A stretch of DNA of 64,000 nucleotides from Acidimicrobiia bacterium (GTDB lineage Bacteria > Actinomycetota > Acidimicrobiia > IMCC26256 > JAENVU01). The notes beneath the pieces were generated by a model, which was given only the letters and a program-made list of their open reading frames with translations, did not search any database and was not told the DNA's origin. Position 1 is the stretch's first letter; every line of letters begins with the position of its first letter. Positions 29,257 through 38,165 of this stretch are shown here, piece by piece. Location of the stretch: NCBI GenBank assembly GCA_038250905.1, contig JBBSBV010000002.1, forward strand, positions 71,403 through 135,402, read 5' to 3'. The translations under genes and the position numbers were made by a program.

Positions 29257-30054
29257 CTACCAGGGCATCGCGGTGCCGCCGTTGGGGCGGAGGATCTGGC
29301 CGGTCATGAAGGAGGCCCGCTCGGAGACGAGGAAGAGGATCGAGTCGGCGACGTCCTGGGCCGAACCGACGCGCTTGAGCGGCGCCATCGCGCTGAAGCG
29401 CTTGCGGTACTTCTCGAGTCGCTCGGGATCGACGTTGCCGTCCTCGTCGACGAAGTTGTGCCGCGAGAAGTTGGTCTCGATCACACCGGGCGCGAGTGCA
29501 TTCACGCGGATCCCGAGCGGGCCGGCTTCCCACGCGAGCGTCTTGGTGAGCATCGCGACCGCGGCCTTGGTCATCCCGTAACAGGCGAGCGTGGGCGCCG
29601 GGGTGTCGATCGCACCCGAGGACACGTTGACGATGTTGCCCGAACCCTGCTCCCCCATCACCCGCAGCGCGGCCTGGCAGCCGTAGAAGACGCTCTTGAG
29701 GTTGATGGCGAGGATGCGCTCGAACTCGTCGTCGCTGCACTCGGCGATCATCTTGTTGTGGGGCACGCCCGCGATGTTGCCGACGATGTCGACGCGACCG
29801 AACTGCGCCTTGGCGCCGTCGATCAACGCGTCGACGTCGGCACGCCGGGTCACATCGGTCCGCTGCCCCACCGCGGTACCGCCGCCGTCGGCGATCTCCT
29901 TGGCCGTGGCCTGGACCGCCGCCTCGTCGATGTCACCGCCGACGACCGACGCACCTGCCGCGGCCAGGGTCAGCGCGGTGGCTTTCCCGATACCGCTGCC
30001 GGCCCCTGTGAGCACTGCAACCTGGCCCGTGAGATCGAAACCGCTCACCGACAT
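29257..30054 (-). CDS. SDR-family oxidoreductase
   Basis: VAVLTGAGSGIGKATAL (TGxxxGxG), NIAG, YGMTKAAV (YxxxK). Confidence 0.85.
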   Translation of the reverse strand: MSVSGFDLTGQVAVLTGAGSGIGKATALTLAAAGASVVGGDIDEAAVQATAKEIADGGGTAVGQRTDVTRRADVDALIDGAKAQFGRVDIVGNIAGVPHNKMIAECSDDEFERILAINLKSVFYGCQAALRVMGEQGSGNIVNVSSGAIDTPAPTLACYGMTKAAVAMLTKTLAWEAGPLGIRVNALAPGVIETNFSRHNFVDEDGNVDPERLEKYRKRFSAMAPLKRVGSAQDVADSILFLVSERASFMTGQILRPNGGTAMPW

Positions 30055-30122
30055 AGTGATGTACCTCCGCAATCGACGACGCCGGAGACTAGGAGAACCG
30101 ACCGGTAACCTGCGATTTCCCC

Positions 30123-30848
30123 ATGCCCGAGTTCCCACACTCCGAATTCTCCGTCGCCGCGTTCAACCTCCATTGGGGTGTCGACATGCGCGGACACGAG
30201 TACGACGCGCTCGCCGCGTGCCTGGCCCTCGACGCCGACGTGCTCGTGCTGCCCGAGGCGTGGAGACCGCACGGCCGGACCGCGGTGGTCGACGAACTGG
30301 CCGAGCGCATCGGCGGCACGCTGCACGGCGTGACGTTCATGACCGACCGGGATCATTCGCGTCCGCGCCACCTCCGACCGCCCGCCGGTCCGCCGGGCAC
30401 GTGCGGCCTCGTGATGATCTCGCGGCTTCCCGTGCTGTCGTTCACCGACGTGCTGGTGCCCAAGACCACGGGCGACGTGGTGGAGCAGCGGCGGGCGATC
30501 GTGGCCGAGGTCGACGTCGGGGGCACCACCGTCGCGATCGGAGGTCTCCACGCGTCGCACCGCATCTGGGGTTCGATCCCGCAGCTCCGGGTACTCGACG
30601 CCGAGCTCCGCCGCCGCGGGCACCCGTCGGTGATCGCGGGCGACTGCAACATGTGGGGCCCGCCGATCCGGCTCGCGCTCCCGCACCGGACCGGTGCGGT
30701 ACACGGCCGGACATGGCCATCGTGGCGACCGCACAGCCAGATCGACCACATCTGGATCGACGACCGCGTCGAAGCCGTCGCGAGCGAGGTCGGCCCGCAT
30801 GTGGGGTCGGATCACCGGGCCATCCGGGCCACGTTGCGGGTGAGATAG
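30123..30848 (+). CDS. endonuclease/exonuclease/phosphatase (EEP) family protein
   Basis: [11 protein letters not shown]...DVLVLPE...GDCNMWGP...QIDHIW...[11 protein letters not shown]. Confidence 0.8.
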   Translation: MPEFPHSEFSVAAFNLHWGVDMRGHEYDALAACLALDADVLVLPEAWRPHGRTAVVDELAERIGGTLHGVTFMTDRDHSRPRHLRPPAGPPGTCGLVMISRLPVLSFTDVLVPKTTGDVVEQRRAIVAEVDVGGTTVAIGGLHASHRIWGSIPQLRVLDAELRRRGHPSVIAGDCNMWGPPIRLALPHRTGAVHGRTWPSWRPHSQIDHIWIDDRVEAVASEVGPHVGSDHRAIRATLRVR

Positions 30849-30891
30849 AACACACGGGGATTCGAGAGCGGGACATTCCGAGGAGGCGAGC

Positions 30892-31977
30892 ATGGCGCAC
30901 GAGGTGCAAGGCGTGGTGGCGCGGGCAAAGGGTGCGCCGGTGCAGACCGAGACGATCCTGGTCCCCGATCCGGGTGTGGGCGAGGCCCTGATCCAGGTGC
31001 AGGCGTGCGGGGTCTGCCACACCGACCTGCACTACCGCGAGGGCGCGATCAACGACGACTTCCCGTTCCTCCTCGGTCACGAGGCAGCCGGGATCGTGGA
31101 GGCCGTGGGACCCGACGTCACAAGCGTGGCCCCCGGCGACTTCGTGGTCCTCAACTGGCGGGCGGTCTGCGGCGAGTGCCGGTCGTGCCGCCGCGGTCGA
31201 CCGTGGCGGTGTTTCAACACCCACAACGCCACCCGGAAGATGACGCTGGCCGACGGCACCGAACTCACACCCGCGCTCGGCATCGGTGCGTTCGCCGAGA
31301 AGACGTTGGTCGCGGCCGGTCAGGCCACCAAGGTGGATCCGGCGGCGAGTCCGGCGGCGGCCGGGCTGCTCGGCTGTGGCGTGATGGCGGGCCTCGGTGC
31401 CGCGATGTTCACCGGTGAGGTCGGTCGCGGCGATTCGGTCGCGGTGTTCGGCTGCGGTGGCGTGGGCGACGCGGCCATCGTCGGTGCCCGGCTCGCCGGT
31501 GCGGCGATGGTGATCGCGGTCGATCTGGACGCACAGAAGCTGGAATGGGCCCGCGGGTTCGGCGCCACCCACACGGTCGACGCGAGCAAGGAGGACGCGG
31601 TCGAGGCGATCCGTGCGCTCACCGACGGCAACGGTGCCGACGTGTGCATCGAAGCCGTCGGCCGGCCCGAGGTGTTCCAACAGGCGTTCTACGCACGCGA
31701 TCTCGCGGGCACCGTGGTGCAGGTGGGGGTCCCCGACCCGTTGATGACGATCGAACTCCCGATGATCGAGTTCTTCGGCCGTGGCGGTGCGCTCAAACCG
31801 AGCTGGTACGGCGACTGCCTGCCGAGCCGCGACTTCCCGATGCTCATCGACCTCCACCTCCAGGGTCGGCTGCCCCTCGACAAGTTCGTGAGCGAGACGA
31901 TCGCCCTCGACGCAGTGGAGGACGCCTTCCACAAGATGGAGCGAGGCGAGGTTCTCCGCTCGGTGGTGGTGCTGTGA
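30892..31977 (+). CDS. mscR: S-(hydroxymethyl)mycothiol / class III Zn-dependent alcohol dehydrogenase
   Basis: [37 protein letters not shown]...[15 protein letters not shown]...[13 protein letters not shown]. Very close in pattern to mycobacterial MscR. GGAGG SD. Confidence 0.75.
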   Translation: MAHEVQGVVARAKGAPVQTETILVPDPGVGEALIQVQACGVCHTDLHYREGAINDDFPFLLGHEAAGIVEAVGPDVTSVAPGDFVVLNWRAVCGECRSCRRGRPWRCFNTHNATRKMTLADGTELTPALGIGAFAEKTLVAAGQATKVDPAASPAAAGLLGCGVMAGLGAAMFTGEVGRGDSVAVFGCGGVGDAAIVGARLAGAAMVIAVDLDAQKLEWARGFGATHTVDASKEDAVEAIRALTDGNGADVCIEAVGRPEVFQQAFYARDLAGTVVQVGVPDPLMTIELPMIEFFGRGGALKPSWYGDCLPSRDFPMLIDLHLQGRLPLDKFVSETIALDAVEDAFHKMERGEVLRSVVVL

Positions 31978-32070
31978 CCGGCAGCGGGTGACGACTGACA
32001 GCGTGCCGGTTCGACGGGGTTCGGACGCACTGACGGGTCGGCGTGGAACCCGGATGGGAGACTCCACGGC

Positions 32071-33153
32071 GTGACGATCCCCGCTCAACCGACGGTTGAG
32101 CCTTCCCCGGTGATTCCGGCCGAGACCCCTCACCGCCGGTTGCTCATCACCGTCCTCTACATCGGCCTCGGGTTGGGACTGCTCTACGCAGGGACGGTCG
32201 TGGTCGGCGGAGTCTCCGATGCCATCGATCAGATCCGGCACCTCGATGCCTGGTGGCTCGCTCCCGGGTTGGGTGCCGTCGGACTGCGCTTCGTATTGCT
32301 CGGGGTGCAGCTGAGGCGGCTCCGAGGCGAAGGGCAGGTCCCGAATACCCGGCTGGCTGTCGGCGTCGCGTTCCTTGCGTTCGGGCTCGGAGCCCAACTC
32401 CCCGCGGCACCGGCCGAGGGCTTCGTCCTCTCGACCAACGAACTCCACCGACGAGGAATGGCCAGCCGATCGGCATGGCTGATGCTCGCGGCGTCGCAGT
32501 GGTTGCAGTTCTGGACCCTGATCGCCGTGTTCGGTGCCGACCGGATCATCGTCGCGAGTTCTGGAGAACTCCGCCACCGCGATCCGGTCGGGATCGGGAT
32601 CAGCTCCGTCGTCCTCTTCGCGTCATGTGCTGCGGCGTTCTGGGTCGTGCGCCGACCCGGCTTCGTCCGGCGGCTCACCGCAGTGTCCCGCCTGCTCCCG
32701 AAACAGCGCCACAAGACGCACGCGGAGCTGGAAGCCGACGGCGGCGTGCTGCACGAAGCGATCGAAGACGCGCTCGGGAACCGTCGCAACCGGTTCGCCG
32801 CAATCACCCTGACGGGGGCGAGCCTCGTCGCCGACGCGTTCGTGTTCTGGTGCATGCTGATCGCAGTCCGGGCCGACGTGAGCTTCGAGGTCGCAGTCCT
32901 TGCCTACGTGGCGGCGACGGCCGTCGCCTGGGTTCCCTTCATTCCGAACGGCTACGGCCTCACGGAAGTGGCGATCCCCGCGCTCCTCCACCACTTCGGC
33001 GTGCCCTACGCGACCGGGCTCGCGGCGGTGCTGCTCTGGCGGGTCGTCGCTCAGGGCGTGCCGGCGGTGTGCGGTTTTGGCGTGTGGATCACCGTCAATC
33101 GGGCGGCCCGCTCGACACCCGTCGCGCCATCCTGCGCGCCCGGTGCCCGCTGA
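32071..33153 (+). CDS. UPF0104 / lysylphosphatidylglycerol-synthase-TM-region family membrane protein
   Basis: GTG start, about 8 TM segments; the N-terminal pattern DAIDQIRHLDAWWLAPGLGAVGLRFVLLGVQLRRL is typical of the flippase-like family. Confidence 0.65.
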   Translation: MTIPAQPTVEPSPVIPAETPHRRLLITVLYIGLGLGLLYAGTVVVGGVSDAIDQIRHLDAWWLAPGLGAVGLRFVLLGVQLRRLRGEGQVPNTRLAVGVAFLAFGLGAQLPAAPAEGFVLSTNELHRRGMASRSAWLMLAASQWLQFWTLIAVFGADRIIVASSGELRHRDPVGIGISSVVLFASCAAAFWVVRRPGFVRRLTAVSRLLPKQRHKTHAELEADGGVLHEAIEDALGNRRNRFAAITLTGASLVADAFVFWCMLIAVRADVSFEVAVLAYVAATAVAWVPFIPNGYGLTEVAIPALLHHFGVPYATGLAAVLLWRVVAQGVPAVCGFGVWITVNRAARSTPVAPSCAPGAR

Positions 33154-33174
33154 CGAAGGGCTCGATTGCGCCGG

Positions 33175-34101
33175 CTACGAACCGGGGGTCGTGGCGGCGA
33201 CCCGCTGCAAGATTGCGATCCGGTCCCCGATGGGCGGGTGGGTGTCGAAGAGGTGGTGGAACCACGCGTCGTGGTGCTGCAACGGGTCGTCGATGCACAT
33301 CGCGGCCGTCGCGTGGTTGAAGCTCACGAACGGCTGGTCGTTCGCCTCCAACTTCTGGAGGGCGTGAAGCAGTCCGCTCGGGTTCCGCGTCAACTCGACA
33401 CCGCTCATGTCCGCAAGTTCTTCACGCGAGCGCGACAGCGCGAACCGGATCAACGGACCGACGATGACCGCAACGAGCGTGAGCAGGGCGGCGGTCACGA
33501 GCATCATGAGCAGAATCGGCGCGCCGTTCCGGCCCCGGAGCCGCACGACGAACACGCTCCGCCACAGCACACTCGCGATCACCGCCGCGAATCCGATGAG
33601 CGTCGTCATGATCAGAATGAGCCGCACGTCGTAGTTCTTGATGTGGCTCATCTCGTGGCTGACGACGCCCTCGAGTTCTTCCCGGTTCAGGATCTGCAGC
33701 AGCCCGGTGGTTGCGGTGATCGCGGCGCGATCCGGACTGACACCGGTCGCGAAAGCGTTCGGTGACGGGTCGTCCACCACGTACACCGCCGGTTTGGGTA
33801 GCCCGGCACTGATCGCCATCGCCTCCACGACGTGGTGAAACTGGACGAACCGCTCGCCGTCGGCCGGATGGGCCCCCGCGACCGCGAGTACCAGCCGCGC
33901 GCCGCTCGAGTAGACGAACGCCGCGCCGACGAGGGCCACCAGCGCTGCCACGACCAGTCCGGCCACGATCCCGCCCCCGGACGAACTCGCATTACCGGCG
34001 AACAATGCGCCCACGATGGCTCCGACCGCCGCCCACACGACGACGAACCCCGCGACGGCGATCGCACTCCGTCGCTTGTTCCTCGCGATCTGTTCGAGCA
34101 C
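33175..34101 (-). CDS. htpX: M48-family zinc metalloprotease (HtpX-like)
   Basis: PNAFATG...ELEGVVSHEMSHIKNYD (HExxH), four TM segments, C-terminal DTHPPIGDRI. Confidence 0.8.
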   Translation of the reverse strand: MLEQIARNKRRSAIAVAGFVVVWAAVGAIVGALFAGNASSSGGGIVAGLVVAALVALVGAAFVYSSGARLVLAVAGAHPADGERFVQFHHVVEAMAISAGLPKPAVYVVDDPSPNAFATGVSPDRAAITATTGLLQILNREELEGVVSHEMSHIKNYDVRLILIMTTLIGFAAVIASVLWRSVFVVRLRGRNGAPILLMMLVTAALLTLVAVIVGPLIRFALSRSREELADMSGVELTRNPSGLLHALQKLEANDQPFVSFNHATAAMCIDDPLQHHDAWFHHLFDTHPPIGDRIAILQRVAATTPGS

Positions 34102-34170
34102 AGGCCAAACCTAGGACGGATCACCCCACGACGCGATGGTTGCACCGCCGTTCACTGCTCTCGGCGCGGG

Positions 34171-37100
34171 TCAGGCCAGGCGCGCTCGGAGTTCCCTCGA
34201 CCGGGCCTGGAGCCGCGGCAACGCGAGCGTGCCGATCGCGGTGTCGGCGTCGTCGGCCAGGGTCCGTGCCAGCTCGAGTTCGCCGCGGGTGGCGAGCGCA
34301 TCCGCCCAGTCGAGACAGCAGCGCGCCACCCAGACCGGGCTGTCGAGTGTCCGACTCTGTTCGATCGCCCCGGCAAAGTGGGCGTCGGCGTCGTCGACTC
34401 GGCCGAGCACGACCTCGAGCAGTGCGAGCAGACGCGCCATCGGGCCCGCGATGATGCCGCCGGTGCCGGCGATAATGCCGTCTGCCGATTCCGTCACGGC
34501 ATGGAGCAGCGCCGCGCACCTCGGATCTCCCACTGCGGCAGCCGCCTCGCACCACATCGCGACTGCGAGGGGCCAGCCGGCATCGGGCGGGATGTCGCGG
34601 AAGTCGCCCGCCGCCCCGGCCTCGAGGCGCAGCGCAGCACCGTCGAGATCACCCTGCTCGGTGAGCGCGAATGCCACCGTCGCGGCGGCGGCGGCCTCGT
34701 CGGGGTTCGCCGCATGGAACTCATCCCACGCGTCCACGATCTCGGCGAGGCGGCCCTGCTCGCGGCGCAGCGCCAACGCGGTGGTCGCTCTGTAGGTGAT
34801 CGCCTCCGGCATGCCGGATCGGGTCCACACCTCGAACTGTTCCCGAGACAGCGCTTCGGACTCGACCAGGCGTCCGTCGATCGCGGCGAGCATGGGCGCC
34901 AGAAAGAGGTGCATACGGCGCGCGACGAAGCTCTGCGTATCGCTGGCGAGTGCACCCAGGGTCGCGGCGTGCGCCCGGAACTCTGCTCCGTCGCCGGCGA
35001 CCAGAGCGGTAAATGCGGCCTGGAGTTCGGTCGACGCGACCACCGTCGTGTCGTCGACGGAACGCGCGGCCTCGAGCGCGCGCACCATGAATGCCCGGTC
35101 GTCGCGGAACTCGCCCATCGTCCAGTCGTGTCGGGGCCGGGCGTTGAAGATACCGGCGGAGACGTCGATGAGGGCGAGCGCGTCACCCGACTCCTCGGCC
35201 AGCGATCGCGCCTCCGCGAGGAGCGTGGCGCGGCGGTCGGTCTCCCGCACGAAGATGAGTTCGATCGCCAGCGATGCCAGCAGCCGGGCGCGGAGTCCCG
35301 GATCGTCATCGACCCGGGTGAGCAGGTCTTCGAGGTGCTCGATCTTCTCGGGGTCGGCCGCCTGCTCCTGGTTGAACGACGTCCGGGTGTGGACCAGCAG
35401 CACCTTGGCCAGCGCGGTATCGAGTCCGGCAGCCTTGGCCAATCGGGCTCCCTCGCGGAGGCGTTCGGGTGCGTCGCCGATTCCGGCCAGGAACTCGGCC
35501 CGGCCGAGCTCGGTCACCAGCTCCACCCGCAGCGCCATGTCGTCGTCGTCGGCGTCCAGGTGCTCGAGTGCCAACGTGTACCAGCGCACCGCGTCCTCGG
35601 CGGCCGACTTCGCGTACGCCTGCTCACCCGCGCGCCGCGCGTACTCGATGGCCTTCGTGGGATCGGCCGCGGCCGCCTCGCCGTAGTGGTGCGCGAGTTC
35701 GGCGACGACGGGATCGAGGTCACCCGCGTTCGCGGCTTCGATGGCATCGGCGATCTTGCGGTGGGTACGCACCCGTCGGGTGGTGGTGAGTTCTTCCAAC
35801 AGGGTGGCGCGCACGAGCGCGTGACTGAAGCGGTAGCGGTCGAGCCCCACTTCGTTGACCAGTCCGGTCGACTGCGCGGCGTCGAGGAGATCGATGGCAC
35901 CGTCCTCGTCGAGTCCGGCCACCGCCGCGAGTACGGGCAGGACGAACTCCTGGCCGATCACGGCTGCGACCGAAAGCAGCTTCTGCGTCTCGTCGTCGAG
36001 CCGGGAGATGCGGCGGCCCACCACTTCCCGCACGCCTTCGGGCAGTCCCACCTCGTCGAGGCTCAGATCGCTCGTCCACCGACCGTCGCGCAGCACCAGG
36101 GCGCCGCTCTCCACCAGGTGGCGGACGATCTCCCCCACGAAGAATGGGTTCCCCGCGGTCTCGGAAAACACCGCGTGGGCGAGCGCGACGCCAGGACCGT
36201 CGAGATCGTGGCCGGCCGAGCGCTCGAACAACTCCGCCACGCCGTCCGCGGTCAGGCCGTCGAGCGCCAGGCGGGTCACCGAACCGTCGCGCCGGAGATC
36301 GGCCAGGGTCGCCGCGAGCGGATGGGCGCGGTCGAGATCGGTGGAGCGGTAGGTGCCGACGATGAACACGGAGTCGTGCGGTGTCTCGCGAATCAGATGG
36401 CGCAGGAGTTGGAGCGTCGGGCGGTCGGCCCACTGCAGATCATCGAGCACGAGGAAGACCGGCACCGACGCGGCCGTGGTGCGCAGCCAAGCGGTCACGG
36501 CCTCGAACAACCGGGCCCGCTCGGACTCCGGGTCGTCGCGGAGTGGTGACGCGAGTCCCGGGACCCGGTCCGGAAGCTCGGGCACGAGCCGGGTCAACTC
36601 ACTCGCCAACGAACCGAGCCAGGCTGCGGGGACGTCGTCGAGCTCCGACTGGAACCGCAACGCCTCGGCGAAGGGCTGGTACGGGAGCGTGAGCTCCTCG
36701 TCGCACCGGCCGCCGAGCACGAGGCCGCCCTGATGGCGAGCGACGAGTGCAGCCTCGGTGGCGAGCCGTGTCTTGCCGATGCCCGGTTCGCCCGAGATCA
36801 GCACCACCTGGCGGTGCGCCTCGGCGCTCTCCTTCCAGGCGTCGACCATCTGGTCGAGTTGGCCCTGGCGGCCGGCAAGGTCGAACGCGGCGGGCGACGC
36901 CAACACCGGGGGTAGGGGCGTCTCGCGCGGCATCGCGACCTGCACCACCGGTTCCCAATGCACGGCGACGGCGGGCACCGGCTCGGCGATGCCCTTGAGC
37001 GCGAGCTCCCCGACGACCGCGAACTCGTGGCCACCGCGCCCGCGCGCGAGGTGCCGGACGATCTCGGCGCACAGGATCTGGCCACCCTCGGCCGCGGCTT

Positions 37101-37476
37101 CGAGTCGCTGCGCCTCGATCACCGGCAAACCGAAACAGTCGTCGCCCGTGAAGGTCACGTCGCCGACGCTGATGCCGACCCGGACCTCCATCCGCTCGTC
37201 GGCGCCGCGCCGGTTGTGACCGTCGACCGCCTGCTGGATCGCGACCGCCGCGGCCACGGCATCCACCGCGGCGGAGAACGTGGCCATGGCACCGTCACCG
37301 GTGTGTTTCACGACCGTGCCGCGGTTGGTCACGATCGCATCGCTGATCAGACCGTCGTGTTTGACGCGCAACACGTCCGCAGCCTCCTCACCGATGCGGG
37401 ACCGCAACGCGGTCGAACCCACGAGGTCGGTGAAGAGCACCGTCGCGGTGTCGATGCGGTCGTCCGGGCCTGCCAC
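34171..37476 (-). CDS. class III adenylate/guanylate cyclase fused to a STAND/AAA ATPase and TPR-like repeats
   Basis: ATVLFTDLVGSTAL...GTVVKHTGDGAMATF...GDVTFTGDDCFGLPV (cyclase); LISGEPGIGKTRLA (Walker A); VLDDLQWAD (Walker B); a long helical-repeat C-terminus. No HTH seen. Confidence 0.85.
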   Translation of the reverse strand: MAGPDDRIDTATVLFTDLVGSTALRSRIGEEAADVLRVKHDGLISDAIVTNRGTVVKHTGDGAMATFSAAVDAVAAAVAIQQAVDGHNRRGADERMEVRVGISVGDVTFTGDDCFGLPVIEAQRLEAAAEGGQILCAEIVRHLARGRGGHEFAVVGELALKGIAEPVPAVAVHWEPVVQVAMPRETPLPPVLASPAAFDLAGRQGQLDQMVDAWKESAEAHRQVVLISGEPGIGKTRLATEAALVARHQGGLVLGGRCDEELTLPYQPFAEALRFQSELDDVPAAWLGSLASELTRLVPELPDRVPGLASPLRDDPESERARLFEAVTAWLRTTAASVPVFLVLDDLQWADRPTLQLLRHLIRETPHDSVFIVGTYRSTDLDRAHPLAATLADLRRDGSVTRLALDGLTADGVAELFERSAGHDLDGPGVALAHAVFSETAGNPFFVGEIVRHLVESGALVLRDGRWTSDLSLDEVGLPEGVREVVGRRISRLDDETQKLLSVAAVIGQEFVLPVLAAVAGLDEDGAIDLLDAAQSTGLVNEVGLDRYRFSHALVRATLLEELTTTRRVRTHRKIADAIEAANAGDLDPVVAELAHHYGEAAAADPTKAIEYARRAGEQAYAKSAAEDAVRWYTLALEHLDADDDDMALRVELVTELGRAEFLAGIGDAPERLREGARLAKAAGLDTALAKVLLVHTRTSFNQEQAADPEKIEHLEDLLTRVDDDPGLRARLLASLAIELIFVRETDRRATLLAEARSLAEESGDALALIDVSAGIFNARPRHDWTMGEFRDDRAFMVRALEAARSVDDTTVVASTELQAAFTALVAGDGAEFRAHAATLGALASDTQSFVARRMHLFLAPMLAAIDGRLVESEALSREQFEVWTRSGMPEAITYRATTALALRREQGRLAEIVDAWDEFHAANPDEAAAAATVAFALTEQGDLDGAALRLEAGAAGDFRDIPPDAGWPLAVAMWCEAAAAVGDPRCAALLHAVTESADGIIAGTGGIIAGPMARLLALLEVVLGRVDDADAHFAGAIEQSRTLDSPVWVARCCLDWADALATRGELELARTLADDADTAIGTLALPRLQARSRELRARLA

Positions 37477-37517
37477 GGGCCGGGAGCCTAGGGCGTGCGT
37501 GTCCTACGCTCGGCGGG

Positions 37518-38150
37518 ATGGCGACCGATGCGATGCACGAGCCTTCCGGCGCCCGACTCGACCACGTGGTCACCCACGGCACGTTCTCCATCGACGGTGA
37601 GGACTTCGACGTCGACAACAACATCTGGATCGTCGGTGACGACGACGAGTGTCTGGTGATCGACGCCGCTCACGACGCCGCGCCGATCCTCGCCGGCATC
37701 GCCGGCCGGAAGGTGCGGGCCATTGTCTGCACCCACGGCCACAACGACCACATCAACGTGGCCGCCGAACTCGCCGACGCCACCGGGGCGCCGATCGCGA
37801 TCCACCCGGCCGATCGGATGCTGTGGAACGTCGTGAACCCGGACCGTGAGCCCGACGTGCTGATCACGGACGGCGACCGGTTCTCCGCCGGTGGGGTCGA
37901 ACTCGTGGCCCTCCACACTCCGGGGCACTCACCGGGTGGCGTGAGCCTCTACGACCAGGCCCACGCGCGCGTGTTCTCGGGCGACACCCTCTTCAACGGC
38001 GGCCCCGGCGCGACCGGGCGCTCGTTCTCCGACTACGACACCATCGTCGCGTCGATCCGTGCCCGCCTCTTCACCCTGCCCCCCGAAACGGTGGTCCACA
38101 CCGGCCACGGCGACGACACCACCGTCTCTGCAGAACTCGGAAACGTCTAG
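37518..38150 (+). CDS. MBL-fold metallo-hydrolase (glyoxalase II-like)
   Basis: CTHGHNDHINV (HxHxDH), LHTPGHSPGG, HTGHGD. TACGCT lies 7 nt before the ATG with no SD (leaderless-like). Confidence 0.85.
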   Translation: MATDAMHEPSGARLDHVVTHGTFSIDGEDFDVDNNIWIVGDDDECLVIDAAHDAAPILAGIAGRKVRAIVCTHGHNDHINVAAELADATGAPIAIHPADRMLWNVVNPDREPDVLITDGDRFSAGGVELVALHTPGHSPGGVSLYDQAHARVFSGDTLFNGGPGATGRSFSDYDTIVASIRARLFTLPPETVVHTGHGDDTTVSAELGNV

Positions 38151-38165
38151 TCGGCCCGTCCGAAA

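Noticed and set aside
37518-38150. The MBL-fold hydrolase as the dedicated thioesterase partner of the mscR-like dehydrogenase (formaldehyde detoxification pair).
   Set aside because: They are 5.5 kb apart with five unrelated genes between them. Nothing in the sequence links them.
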